Shown piece by piece: positions 12,422 through 24,850 of a stretch of DNA of 64,000 nt. How positions within the stretch are numbered: the stretch's first letter is position 1; each line of letters opens with the position of its first letter. This stretch comes from Pristiophorus japonicus (taxonomy: Eukaryota), in contig NC_091987.1 of the NCBI RefSeq assembly GCF_044704955.1, positions 208,258,001 to 208,322,000 of the forward strand, in the 5' to 3' direction. The notes below the pieces were generated by a model that was given only the letters and a program-made list of their open reading frames with translations, was not told the DNA's origin and did not search any database. The position numbers were made by a program, and so were the translations under genes.

Positions 12422-13011
12422 CCACGCAGCGCGGAGGCCCTGACCTTAGAGGGAACGTCAGCGGCAAATCGGGGCCATAAAAGGAGCGATGAGCGGCGGC
12501 CATGGGCAGCGTGGAGGCGTGCCACTACCAGGTACAGCGCGAGCTGGTGCAGGAGGGCGACGGCTGTGAAGAGTGACATCATCAAGATCCAGGTCGGTGA
12601 TTGGAGCGTGGGCAGATACAGCAGGAGCGGCGAGGTCGGGGCGAGGGAGCGGCGAGAGACTGTGGAGGGAAGTGATCGGGGCCCAGGGGAGGCGCGAGTT
12701 CGGGGCCAGGAGCCCAGGGGCAGCATGGGCCCAGCCCACACTGCGATATGTGTACGCACTAGGTCTGTGCAGCAGAGCTGGTCTCCAGTTGTCTTGGGTA
12801 ATCCTTACCACTGGACCAAGACCTAGCTCTGTCAAGCCCGTGTCGTGGCTGGGGTGCAACAGGCACCCCACGTTAAACAAATACACGCACAGGCATCTTC
12901 CACCCTTCAGGATGTAGTTCGGGTCCATCATTGAAACACCTGTGAACTCGTCCTTTTTTTGGTGTGGAAGCAAGTCATGCTCGTTTCGAGGGACCGTCTA
13001 TGATGATGATA
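12422..13011 (+). mobile_element. Non-coding GC-rich retroposon with RTE-like (TGA)n tail
   Basis: TSD attggcact/atcggcact. Ends gtggaagcaagtcat..gagggaccgtcta(tga)n. Further copies at 18343-18661 and 33930-34267. Confidence 0.7.
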
Positions 13012-13240
13012 ATCGGCACTATCTACTCATGTGCAGAATGTAAGGAGATGTAATATTAACCTAGCCCTTTTAATGTGATTGTAATCTCAGGTGCCCTATT
13101 TAATTCACCGAGAATTACAAAAATTTCAACCAGTTGGGATCCATTCTATCAGTAAGGCTGCCACAGTGTTCTCTGGCTTAATGACCTACCTGAGTGTTTG
13201 TTTCCTGCCCTTAACCCTGGTACCTGAGCTCAGCTTCTTC

Positions 13241-16200
13241 TGTTGTGTTCCTAACACAGATGAGACTGCACACAGGGCGGTTAAAGTAACAGTGACCTTC
13301 GTCTTTATTAAGACACTTCAGAGTGAGTAACAGGCTTTAGGGGCTTATATACAGTGCTCCCAAGGGATGCTGGGATCCCTTGGGACTTCAGGGGATGCGC
13401 TCCCTGGTGGCGGAAAATGGGAGTGCATGCTTTACAGATACACAACATCACTCCTCCCCAAAGTCAAAGTGAAAACTATTTATAAGGTGAGGCGGTCGGG
13501 AGCCTTTCTTTCCCTGGTGGACCGCCTCGGTACAAATGTCTGTTCTGGTGTGTTGGCTGTGCCCTTGCTGGGCTGGCATGTTGTTGGCCCTGCAGGGCTG
13601 CTGGGTGAGCCTGGCCTTGCTGGGCTGTTGGGCGTGATGGGTTCGATTTCCTGGTCCGGCATGGTGTCGTTGATCCTTTGGGTGTGTGTTGAGGACTCGA
13701 AAAAGGCGGTGTCTGCTGTGGGTTGTTCAGGGCAGTCTGTGAACCGCAGCCTCGTTTGGTCCAGGTGCTTTCTGCAAATTTGTCTATTGTCTAGTTTGAC
13801 TACAAACACCCTACTCCCTTCTTTAGCTATCACCGTGCCCGCGATCCACTTGGGACCATGTCCATAGTTTAGCACATACACAGGGTCATTTAGATCAATT
13901 TCCCGAGACACAGTGGCGCGACCATCGTTTACATTTTGTTGCTGCCGCCTGCTCTCTACCTGATCATGCAGGTTGGGGTAAACCAGCGAGAGTCTGGTTT
14001 TAAGTGTACTTTTCATGAGTAGCTCAGCCGGGGCACCCCTGTGAGCGAGTGGGGTCTTATGCGGTAGCTGAGCAGTACTCAGGACAGGCGGGTTTGGAGT
14101 GAGCCTTCTGTGACTCGTTTGAGGCTCTGTTTGATGGTTTGTACTGCCCGATCTGCCTGCCCATTGGAGGCTGGTTTAAACGGGGCCGAGGTGACATGTT
14201 TGATCTCATTGCGGGTCATGAATTCTTTCAATTCGGCACTGGTGAAACATGGCCCGTTGTCACTGACCAGTATGTCAGGCAGGCCGTGGGTGGCAAACAT
14301 GGCCCTCAGGCTTTCAATGGTGGTGGTGGCGGTGCTTCCCGACATTATTTCACATTCAATGCATTTTGAAAAAGCATCCATCACCACCAGGATCATTTTA
14401 CCGAGAAACGGGCCCGCATAGTCGACATGGATCCTCGACCATGGTCTGGAGGGCCACAAACTTAGTGGTGCCTCTCTGGGCGCATTGCTCAACTGAGCAC
14501 ATACGCTGCATTGCCGTACACAGGACTCTAAGTCAGAGTCGATACCGGGCCACCACACGTGGGATCTGGCTATCGCTTTCATTATTACTATACCCGGGTG
14601 TGTGCTATGGAGATCCGAGATGAACGTCTCCCTGCCCTTTTTGGGTAGCATTACGTGGTTACCCCACAACAGGCAGTCTGACTGAATGAACAGCTCGTCC
14701 TTTCGCCGCTGGAACGGCTTGATTAGCTCTTGCATTTCACCGGGGATGCTGGCCCAGCTCCCATGCAGTACACAGTTTTTTACTAGGGACAGCAGAGGAT
14801 CTTGGCTGGTCCAAGTCCTAATCTGGCGGGCCATGACAGGTGATTTCTCATTTTCAAATGCTTCCATGACCATCAACAAGTCTGCGGGCTGCGCCACCAT
14901 CAACAAGTTTGCAGGCTGCACCATTTCCACCCCCGTGGTGGGCAATGGTAGCTGACTGAGAGCATCTGCACAGATCTCGGTGTCTGGCCTGTGGTGGATG
15001 GTATAGTTGTACGCTGATAGCGCGAGTGCCCACTTTTTATGCGGGCTGAGGCATTAGTATTTATCCCCTTGTTTTCAGCGAACGGGGATATGAGGGGCTT
15101 GTGATCGGTTTCCAGCTCAAATTTGAGACCAAACAGGTACTGATGCATTTTCTTTACTCCGAACACACACGCTAATGCCTCTTTCTCAATCATGCTGTAG
15201 GCCCTCTCGGCCTTGGACAAGCTCCTGGAAGCATAGGCGACAGGTTGCAACTTCCCCGCAACATTAGCTTGTTGTAATACACACCCGACTCCGTCGACGA
15301 CGCATCACATGCTAGCACAAGTCTTTTACACGGGTTATACAATACAAGCAGCTTGTTGGAGCATAAAATGTTTCTGGCTTTCTCAAAAGCAATTACTTGT
15401 TTTTTTTCCCCCCATACCCAGTTCTCACCTTTACGCAATGACACATGTAAGGGCTCTAAGAGGGTGCTTAACCCCGGTAGGAAGTTACCAAAATAGTTGA
15501 GGAGTCCCAGGAATGACCGCAGCTCCGTGACGTTCTGTGGCCTGGGCGCGTTCCTGATAACCTCTGTCTTGGTGTCTGTGGGCCGAATGCCGTCCGCCGC
15601 GATCGTTCTCCCCCAAAACTCCACTTCTGTTGCCATGAAGATGCATTTCGACCTCTTCAGCCACAGCCCTACGCGATCCAGTCGCTGGAGGACCTTCTCC
15701 AGCTTTTGTAGGTGCTTGACGGTGTCCCGACCCATGACCAATATGTTGTCCTGAAAAACCACCATGCGTGGTACCGACTTGTGTAGGCTCTCCATGTTTC
15801 TCTGGAAGATCGCTGCAGCCGACCGAATTCCAAACATCTGTTGTAGATGAACAGTCCCTTTTGCGTGTTTGTGTAGGTGAGACCCTTCGAAGACTCCTCC
15901 AGTTCTTGCGTCATAAAGGCCGAAGTCAGGTCGAGCTTGGTGAATGTCTTGTCTCCTGCCAGTGTCGCAAATAGGTCATCTGCCTTAGGTAGCGGGTATT
16001 GGTCCTGTAGCGAGAAATGATTAATAGTTACTTTATAATCGCCGCAAATCCTGACCGTGCCATCACTTTTGAGTATTGGAACAATCGGGCTGGCCCACTC
16101 GCTAAATTCCACTGAGGAGATGATGCCCTCGCGTTGCAGCCTGTCCAGCTCAATTTCCACTCCCTCTCTCATCATGTGAGGTACCGCTCGCGCCTTGTGG

Positions 16201-17807
16201 TGAATGGGTCGTGCCTCTGGGACCAAGTGGATCCGCAACTTCGCCCTGGAAAAGTTTCCAATGCCTGGCTCAAAAAGGGAAGGAAATTTGTTAAGAACCT
16301 GGGTACATGAGGCCTCATCGAGTTGTGATAGCGCTCGGATGTCATCCCAGTCCAGCGAATTTTGTCCACCCAGCTCCTTCCAAGCAGTGTGGGGCCATCG
16401 CCCGGGACAATCCAGAGTGGCAGGTCATGCAACGTGCCCTCGTAGGTGACCTTGACCATGGCACTGCCCAGGATAGTGATAAGCTCTTTGGTGTACATTC
16501 TCAGTTTCATGTGGATGGGGCTCAGGGCTGGTCTGAGGGCCTTGTTACACCACAGTCTCTCAAGCATCTTTTTGCTCATGATGGATTGGCTAGCGCCAGT
16601 GTCCAGTTCCATGGCTACGGGTAAGCCATTCAATTTTATGTTTAGCATTATAGGTGGACATTTCGTCGAAATGTGTGCACCCCGTGTACTTCAGCATCTG
16701 CCTCCTCTCGCTGAGGCTCGAAATTACTTTGATCCAACATGGACCGATCTTCCTCTGGTTAGCAGGTTTTGCAGAGCTTGCAGCTTGGCTGCAAGCTCAT
16801 TGGAGGTGCCCCATTGTTCCACAGCCCTTGAAAACATATCCTTTGAAGCGGCATGAATAGGCTGAATGGAAGCCTCCACAATGCCAACAAGGTGTGAATT
16901 GCCTTGCATTCATCCTTTTGTTGCGGACTCTGAGTCATCTGGGTGCAGACTCGTGGGTTCTGCCTGTACATTTCTGCTCGCAAACACAGTTCCAGTTAAT
17001 TTATGAACATTGCTAGCACTTGTGTGCTGAGAGATTTGTTTGGTGTTATCACTGGTGCTAAACAGTGTAAACACCTGTGCTATCGCAATGGCCTTACTGA
17101 GGGTCGGTGTCTCTACAGTCAGAAGTTTTCGTAGGATGGTCTCGTGGCCAATGCCCAGAGCAAAAAAGTCTCTGAGCATTTGCTCCAGGTAGCCATCAAA
17201 CTCACATTGTCCTGCAAGTCCCTTAGCTCGGCGATGTAGCTCGCCACATCCTAACCTTCAGATCGCTGGTACGTATAGAACCGATACCTCGCCATCAGCA
17301 CGCTCTCCCTCGGGTTAAGATGCTCCCGAACCAGTGTACACAGCTCCTCATACGACTTATCTGTGGGTTTCACCGGAGCCAGAAAATTCTTCATGAGGCT
17401 GTAGGTCGGTGCCCCACAGACCGTGAGGAGAACCGCTCTCCTTTTTGCAGCTCTTCCTTCTCTGTCCAGCTCGTTGGCTACAAAGTACTGGTCTAACCAT
17501 TCGACATAGGCTTCCCAGTCCTCACCCTCTGAGAACTTCTCCAGGATGCCCACAGTTTGCTGCATCTTTGCATTGGATTTGTGTTCTCGTCGCCAGTTGT
17601 TGTGTTTGTAACACAGATGAACTGCACACAGGGAGGTTAAAGTAACAGTGACCTCAGTCTTTAATAAGACACTCCAGAGTGAGGAACAGGCCTTAGAGGC
17701 CGGCTTATATACAGTGCTCCCAAGGGATGCTGGGATCCCTTGGGACTTCAGGGGATGAGCTCCCTGGTGGCGGAACATGGGAGTGCATACTTTACAGATA
17801 CACAACA
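13241..17807 (-). mobile_element. Full-length decayed Ty3/Gypsy LTR retrotransposon
   Basis: LTRs at 13241-13447 and 17598-17807 with TGTTGTGT..ACACAACA termini. PBS TGGCGACGAG just inside the right LTR and PPT GGGGAGGAGTGA before the left LTR. Domain order gag, protease (LDTGAS), RT, RNase H (LACDAS, TDHKPL), integrase (H-H-C-C, HVDYAGP, SDNGP). Multiple frameshifts. Confidence 0.96.
13480..17565 (-). pseudogene. Gypsy gag-pol, frameshifted
   Basis: ORF pieces 17251-17808, 16910-17179, 16172-16648, 15669-16238, 15190-15837, 14900-15250, 14079-14945 and 13480-14016 tile gag-PR-RT-RH-IN. The RT motif has decayed to FQDN. Confidence 0.9.
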
Positions 17808-18342
17808 CCTACGATAGAGATAACCTTCTTCTCAGCTTGTTCTAAGCCTCTGTTTCCTTTGCTCTTGCTCTCACCTCGCTGGTTCTACCGATTCTATATC
17901 TAGAACTTTTTTTCCAAGCTCCTTTCCCCAGCAATGCACTTTGTTTCACCATCCCCCGCCATGCAAACCTGCTTGCCCTGTCCTTCTCGAAGCGTGTTGT
18001 ACTGTGCTCTAACTCCCGTGCATAGAGGCACTGTGGAGTGGAATTTTCTGTGGCGCGTAACAAGGAGGTTATCCGCATGTTTTTGTGCGTCCATTTAGCC
18101 GATGTCTATTTATACCCAAATCTCCTGACAATCTCATTGGAACGCGCTCAAGCGCAATTCTGTGTAATTAGGGACTGAGGAATGGGCTGAACTCACACCG
18201 TATATTCCTGTTCTAAGTATGAAAGTGAAAATGTCAAACTATCTATCATTCATTCACATTGGGCACAACATGCTTTAGAACCTACAATCATGGAAGCTTT
18301 TCAATTTTTAATGCAACTTGCACTGATGCCATAATAATGCAT

Positions 18343-18661
18343 GAGGCGTGAGTTCGGGGCCAGGGGCCCAGGGGCATCACGGGCCAGCCCACACTGCGAT
18401 GTGTGCGCGCACTAGGTCAGTGCAGCAGAGCTTGGTCTCCAGTCGTTTTGGGTAATCCTTGTCACTGGACCAAGACCTAGCTCTGTCAAGCCCGTGTGGT
18501 GGCTGGTGTGCAACGGCCACCACACTTAAAAAACATCCACGCACAGGCACCTTCCACCCTTCAGGATGTAGTTCGGGTCCTTCATTGAAACACCTGTGAA
18601 CTCATTCTTTTTTGGCGTGGAAGCAAGTCATCCTCGTTTCGAGGGAATGCCTATGATGATG
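18343..18661 (+). mobile_element. RTE-tailed non-coding retroposon, 5'-truncated copy
   Basis: Matches 12689-13011. TSD-like atgcat on both sides and a (TGA)n tail. Confidence 0.75.
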
Positions 18662-18890
18662 AATATGCATTCAAAGAAACAGAACATAAAGGTCAGATCT
18701 CAGTCAGGGGATACATTTTTAAAAATCCCTCAACAAATTGCAATAAAACACCAGAAAAATGACTTGGTTTCCTAAAATTCTGGGCTCAATTTTACACCCG
18801 TGTGCCAGTAGGAATAACTCGTGTGCGGCTCGTTAGCCTGTGGGCAGGGCCTTTCTAATGACCCGAGATGTGTTCGGGCGCAGTGATCAA

Positions 18891-19298
18891 TAACAACAAC
18901 AACAACAACTTGTATTTATATAGCGCCTTTAATGTAGTGAAACGCCCTAAGGCGCTTTACAGGAGTATTATGAGATTAAAAAGAATTTGGGACCGAGCCG
19001 CATAAGTAGAAATTAGCATCGGTGACCAAAATCTTGGCCAAAGAGGTAGGTTTTAAGGAGCGCCTTGAATGAGGAAAGAGAGGTAAAGAGGCGGAGAGGT
19101 TTAAGCAGGGAGTTCCAGAGCTTGGGGCCTAGGCATGGCCACCAATGGCTGAGCGATTATAATCAAGGATGCTCAAGAGGGTAGAATTAGAGGAGCGCAG
19201 ACATCTCAGGGGGTTGTGGGACTGGAGGAGATTACAGAGATAGGGAGGGGCGAGGCCATGGAGGGATTTGAAAATAAGGATGAGAATTTTGAAATCGA
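18891..19298 (-). mobile_element. L2 LINE 3' fragment
   Basis: Near copy of 11916-12350, with (CAA)n tail on the + strand. Confidence 0.85.
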
Positions 19299-20499
19299 TA
19301 GAGCAAGGAAATTTAGGTGTAATGCAATTACATCCGTAACAAACTTGCGTCTGAGTTTCCTCACTCTTTTATGCCGGCTATTTGCTTTACACCCCAACTG
19401 CGCATGTATCTGGGTGCAAACACACAGCAACATCCCGCCCCCTGTAAAAACAAGATCACGAATGAGCTGCCCCAGGAGACAAGAAATGTTGTTTGATTAC
19501 TTGCACTGCCTAGAGGGGACACTGACTTTAATCTCTTGTATATTTTGAGTTGTTAATTAGGCTAATGCTGCCTTAGTAAACATCCAAGGTTGCCATTTGA
19601 CTGTGAAGATTACTGTAAGTTTGTAAATTTTCCTTTATAATAAGTCCAAAGTCTTTTAAGTGAAATGAATTTGGGAGCAGATTCAACCCAGTCCCTAACT
19701 GGCAGCAATCCACAGCAGATTTGTCGCAGATAAGCACTCTCATTTATAGAAACAGGAGGAAAGATTGGTTGCAGGCCATGAAAAATGGGAAATGCAAACT
19801 GGAACCGGGCTGTCACGGTATTAGAGTTAAGGAACAGCATTGGAACAGACTAGACGCAAGATTACATGCTTGTGAAGATTCTCATTTAGTTGCCATGTGG
19901 AGTTAATCGGATCAGTCTAGTTCCATTTTAAGCAAGTACTGATCAAGAACAACATGTAATATTGTATATTAATGTTAACTACTCAATGTTTTGATAGTAA
20001 ACAGACATGCTCCAGTCCATAATGAGCCTTTTATATAGATCCTATTACTGTCTTCCGAGCACATTGGATTAGGGCCAATCAATGGATTGTTTTATCCTTT
20101 CAGATCTGATTACTGTTTCACTAACAATCTGGATTAGTGCCAGGCTTGAATGGGACCGGTCTCTACAAGCTGATCATACACACCCTTCAACTTCTTTCTC
20201 TCTGGAACTCCATATTGCTGGTATCTCGTGTTCATGCTCCCTTGTTCATGCATGTTTCAAAAATGAACCAGTTTACCCATAACCACCAAACACACAAATG
20301 CGCTTCACACTGACTCAACGGGTGCCCTCATTCCACTATTACCACAGCTGTAATATACTGTCGGAAATACTACACAACTCATTTTCCATGGGCCTCAATG
20401 CCTTGGGGAAGGATTATTCTGATGCCTATCTGATGCCTTATAAAGAATTTCTTTGATCGGCTTTTTGATTCAAACCATAAGCACACACTAAACAGACAG

Positions 20500-20730
20500 G
20501 TTACATCGGATATACGGCACAGAAACAGGCCATTCGGCCCAACCAGTCCATACTGGCGTTTATGCTCCACTCGAGCCTCCTCCCATCTTTCCTCATCTAT
20601 CTCTATCAGCGTAACCCTCTATTCCCTTCTCCCTCATTTGCTTGTCTAGCCTCCCCTTAAATGCATCGATACTATTCGCTCCAACTATTCCCTGTGGTGA
20701 TGAGTTAACACATTCTCACCACTCTTTGGG
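20500..20730 (-). mobile_element. CR1 3' end
   Basis: Reverse complement of the 10580-10816 subfamily. Confidence 0.75.
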
Positions 20731-21972
20731 GTGGTTTACAGCTTTGCTGACCAGATGATCATTAACACATTCACCATGTTACTATACTGAGTGACCAGAG
20801 CAATTATTCCAACCCCCCCCCCCTCCCCCCGATTCTTTATATGATGTATATTAAAAGGGGAAGAGAATTGCCAAAATAGAAAGTATTAACATGGAAAGTA
20901 GTGGAAATGCACGGCAGGCCAGTCAGTAGCTGAAACATGAAGATATATTTTCTGATGAAGGATATAGAGAGGACGTAAAAACGGGAGGACTAATTAGGGA
21001 AAAAAAAGCATATGGGATCGTAGGTTTTATAAATAGAGGTACAAGGTATAAAAGGAAAGAGGTAATGGGAAACCTATGTGAATTATTGATTATGCCATTG
21101 TTAGAATACTTTTTCCTATTCTGTGCGTCTTATTTTAGGAAGGATGTCAAGGTCATGGTGAGGCCTCACTAAAACAGTACTAACGCTGAGAATTTGAGTT
21201 ATGGGGAGAGATTCAATAAAAAGAAGGTTAAGAGGGGGTCTGACAAGTGGATGATTTGTGTGGGGTTAGGGCGGGCATCTTGTGAGGTTGGATACTACAA
21301 ATAGCATTGACTCCTTTTAAAATATTTTAATAAAGTGAAATCTGATTTGGCGGCTTCCCATTTTGAGGCCCATTTGAAATTCGAGTCAAGCAAGTGTCAG
21401 GTAGTAGTTTTAAGAAATGTTTTTGTCTGAGCCTGCTCAAGGTTTCTTTTAATTTTTGTTTGGCTGTGCGGTCCGTTCAAACCTGCACGCAAGCGCGGTT
21501 TCTGCCTCGTGCAGCAGGCAAATGGCCGCGCAGCTCAACAGGAACATTGCTCCTTTTTAACAAAAGTTACAGAAACATTTTAATTTTTGAATCCTGTTCT
21601 CAAACATAAAACAGGAGGCAGAACTGTTGAAATCCCAGTTTTCCACGATTTTTGAGCATGAATGGGACGGTAAGATAGTGAAAATTGGCCCTGTCATGCC
21701 AACAAATGTAGAAATCTAGTAACGTATGGAACCAACCTGATAACCTGGCAAATCCTCGAGCGGCCGTGATCGCAGTTTGAAAACCTATTCTCTAGATTAA
21801 ACCAAGGGAATACTGGTGTTGCAGTTTAATGGCTTGCGAGGACATCAAAACTTACTAAAGGCTGATTCATCCTTGCAATTACGCCAATTAATTAAATTTC
21901 AGAAATTGAGATATTATTAAATTGTCTTAGAATCTAGCCAATGTATTATTGTGTCAACGTATGTGAAACATT

Positions 21973-22326
21973 CATAGAATCATAGACATTTACAGCACGG
22001 AAGGAGGCCATTTCGGCCCATCGTGTCCATGCTGGCCGACAAAGAGCTACCCAGCTTAATCCCACTTTCCAGCTCTTGGTCCATAGCCCTGTAGGTTACG
22101 GCAGTTCAAGTGCACATCCAAGTATTTTTTAAATGTGGTGAGGGTTTCTGCTTCTACCACCCTTTCAGGCAGTGTGTTCCAGACCCCCACCACCCTCTTA
22201 GTGAAAAAAATTCTCCTGAAATCCCCTCTATATCTCCTACCAATTACTTTAAATCTATGCTCCAGGTTGTTGACCTCTCTGCTAAGGGAAACAGGTCCTT
22301 CCCACCCACTCTATCTAGGCCCCTAT
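21973..22326 (-). mobile_element. CR1 3' fragment
   Basis: (CATAGAAT)n tail and CR1 ORF2 end. Confidence 0.78.
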
Positions 22327-22378
22327 CATTGATGTATCTTTTTTTAACGGATATAATCTCAAAACAAATCTCACAAAC

Positions 22379-22495
22379 CTTCATGTTGACAAATTCGTGT
22401 GACCTGCCGGCACTGAGCTTCAGGAAAAAATCCAGCAGCAGGAGGTTTCCTTCCTGGACCGTGAAGTGCACCACTGTTTTGTTGCTTTTCACATC
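22379..22495 (-). CDS. NFKBID: Nuclear IkappaB exon, DVKSNKTVVHFTVQEGNLLLLDFFLKLSAGRSHEFVNMK
   Basis: 117 nt, phase 0/0, acceptor aaacag, donor gtttgt. KSNKT..FVNMK joins AHGNTALHM exactly as in NFKBID. Confidence 0.92.
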
Positions 22496-22764
22496 CTGTT
22501 TACATAAAACAAAACTATTAAAATATGCATTTGCATTCAGGAATTTGGTGGTGAGGCCTTTCCTTGTGTAAAGTGCCACTCTAGAGTTGCCGTGTATTGG
22601 GACCTCGGAGTAGTGACTTGACTCGGTTGGTAGTGTGCTCGCCACTGAGATAGAGTGGCTTCAAGTCCCGCTCCTGGACTTGAGTGCAAAACCCAGACAG
22701 TGCAGTACTAAAGGAATGATATCTTGTTGGAGGTAAATGGTAAAAGACCATGACACAACTCAAA

Positions 22765-23225
22765 GAAGAAAAAGTTGCATTTATATAGCGCCTTTCACGA
22801 CCACTGGATGTCTCAAAGCACTTTACAGCCAATGAAGTGTTTTTTGAAGTGTAGTCACTTTTGTAATATGAGAAATGCAGCAGCCAATTTTCACAGAGCA
22901 AGCTCCCACAAACAGCAATGTGATAATGACCAGATAATATGTTTTTGTTATGTTGATTGAGGGATAAATATTGGCCAGGACACCGGGGATAACGCCCCTG
23001 CTCTTCTTCGAAATAGTGCCATGGGATCTTTTAAATCCATCTGAGAGAGCAGACGGGGTCTCGGTTTAACGTCTCATCTGAAAGACGGCACCTCCGACAG
23101 TGCAGCACTCCCTCAGTCCTGCACTGGAGTGTCAGCCTAGATTTATGTGTTCAAGTTTCTGGAGTGAGACTTGAACCCACAACCTTCTGATGCTGAGGCA
23201 AGAATGTTGCCTACTGAGCCACAGC
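22765..23225 (-). mobile_element. SacSINE1-like DeuSINE, near full length
   Basis: Head, Deu domain and tail all present. Confidence 0.88.
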
Positions 23226-23432
23226 AAGAATTCCTAACATTCATTCTTCCTTCAGCTATCCACCATCAAAAAGCAGGTGAAGTGATCGTTTGGCCCATTT
23301 CTGTCCATGGAACCTTGCTGTATGCAAATTGACTACTGCATTCTGCCAATGCAATAAAAGCGATTACACTCCAAAAGTAATTCATTAATTGTGAAGTGTA
23401 TTGGAGATTTTGAGGACATGGTAAGGTGCCAT

Positions 23433-23711
23433 ATAAGAACATAAGAACATAAGAATTAGGAACAGGAGTAGGCCATCTAGCCCCTCGAGCCTGCTCCGCC
23501 ATTCAACAAGATCATGGCTGATCTGGCCGTGGACTCAGCTCCACTTACCCGCCCACTCCCCGTAACCCTTAATTCCCTTATTGGTTAAAAATCTAACTAT
23601 CTATGATTTGAATACATTCAATGAGCTAGCCTCAACTGCTTCCTTGGGCAGAGAATTCCACAGATTCACAACCCTCTGGGAGAAGAAATTCCTTCTCAAC
23701 TCGGTTTTAAA
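23433..23711 (-). mobile_element. CR1 3' end
   Basis: (CATAAGAA)n tail. Near identical to 60451-60720. Confidence 0.85.
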
Positions 23712-24680
23712 TGCAATTTTTTTCTTTTTCCTCTTTCTTTCTCGAAAGGCAACGGGTTCCTGATCATGATCAGACTACTTGGGAACTTGCCCAGTGGAGT
23801 ATTTTCTCATAGGGTGGCAGAGAAAGGTTAGAGAATAGCTGAACTCAAACTGCTCTCGGTGATCTTGTGATTAGTTATAGAGCAGTAATAACAAAGCTGT
23901 GGGAGCAGACTGCCTATCTAGCTTCTTCTGAAGGTGTGCAATGTGCAGGACACAAAAGGGCAGACAAAATAGTTTTTAAAAAAATGGGGTACGATGAAAA
24001 TGCACAAACCTAAGTAATGTTCGTGAAGCCCATGTAGCTCTCCAACTAAGTTTTTCAGTTTCATCTTCTATAACTAGTTTGAAAATTACTGTCATTACTT
24101 TGTTTTGATGCAGGAAGTTCAAACTAAACCAAAATAACTCAATATAAGATTATAGTTGGAGTGCCTCTTGAGGATATATGCCTGCTGTGTTTGTCACCAC
24201 CTTGCATTTCGGTTCAGTGTGGTGCAGGCTCATTCATCCCAATTGTAAAAGTCAGAAGACACATTGGAAATTATATCTGTGACCTCTTCTCAATTCTCTT
24301 CAGCATTTCACAACTATAATAGTGGGGAGATAACTGCTGCCCAGATATTTGCCCATGCCGCTCTAGAACTTCCATTCCTAGCCTAGACTGCTGTAGCACT
24401 CCTATGTGGCTCAGTGGGTAGCCCTCTTGCTTCTGAATTAGAAGGTTATGGATTCAAATACCACTCCAAGGACTTGAGTATTATAAAAAGTGAATAAAAT
24501 ATTTTTTTGTTTCTAGCATAGGTGGAAATACACATACACAACGTTCAAAAGTGATAGGGCAAAGTATTCTTGTATATATAAATAAGTAAGACACACAATT
24601 ATTTCTAGAACAAAGTCTGAGAAAGAGTTAATCAACTTGTACTTTGTTGTACAGTGAGGCAGTTCTGGTAAACACGTTAC

Positions 24681-24850
24681 CTGGCTGGTTATCAAGGCTC
24701 CCATTTCAATCAGTAGTCTGATGCAGGACTGCAGTTGTTCAGCTTTGTACTGTAGCTCGTTCTGCCTTTGCGGCAACAGGGCATGGTCATAGCATCGTTC
24801 CCGGAAAACAGCGTTATGAGAAATGACTGCACAATGCAAAGGAGTAAGCC
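24681..24850 (-). CDS. NFKBID: Nuclear IkappaB exon, (G)LTPLHCAVISHNAVFRERCYDHALLPQRQNELQYKAEQLQSCIRLLIEMGALITSQ
   Basis: 170 nt, phase 1/0, acceptor tgtgtttcag, donor gtaacg. Ankyrin TPLH with the long insert typical of IkappaBNS/IkappaBzeta. Confidence 0.92.
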
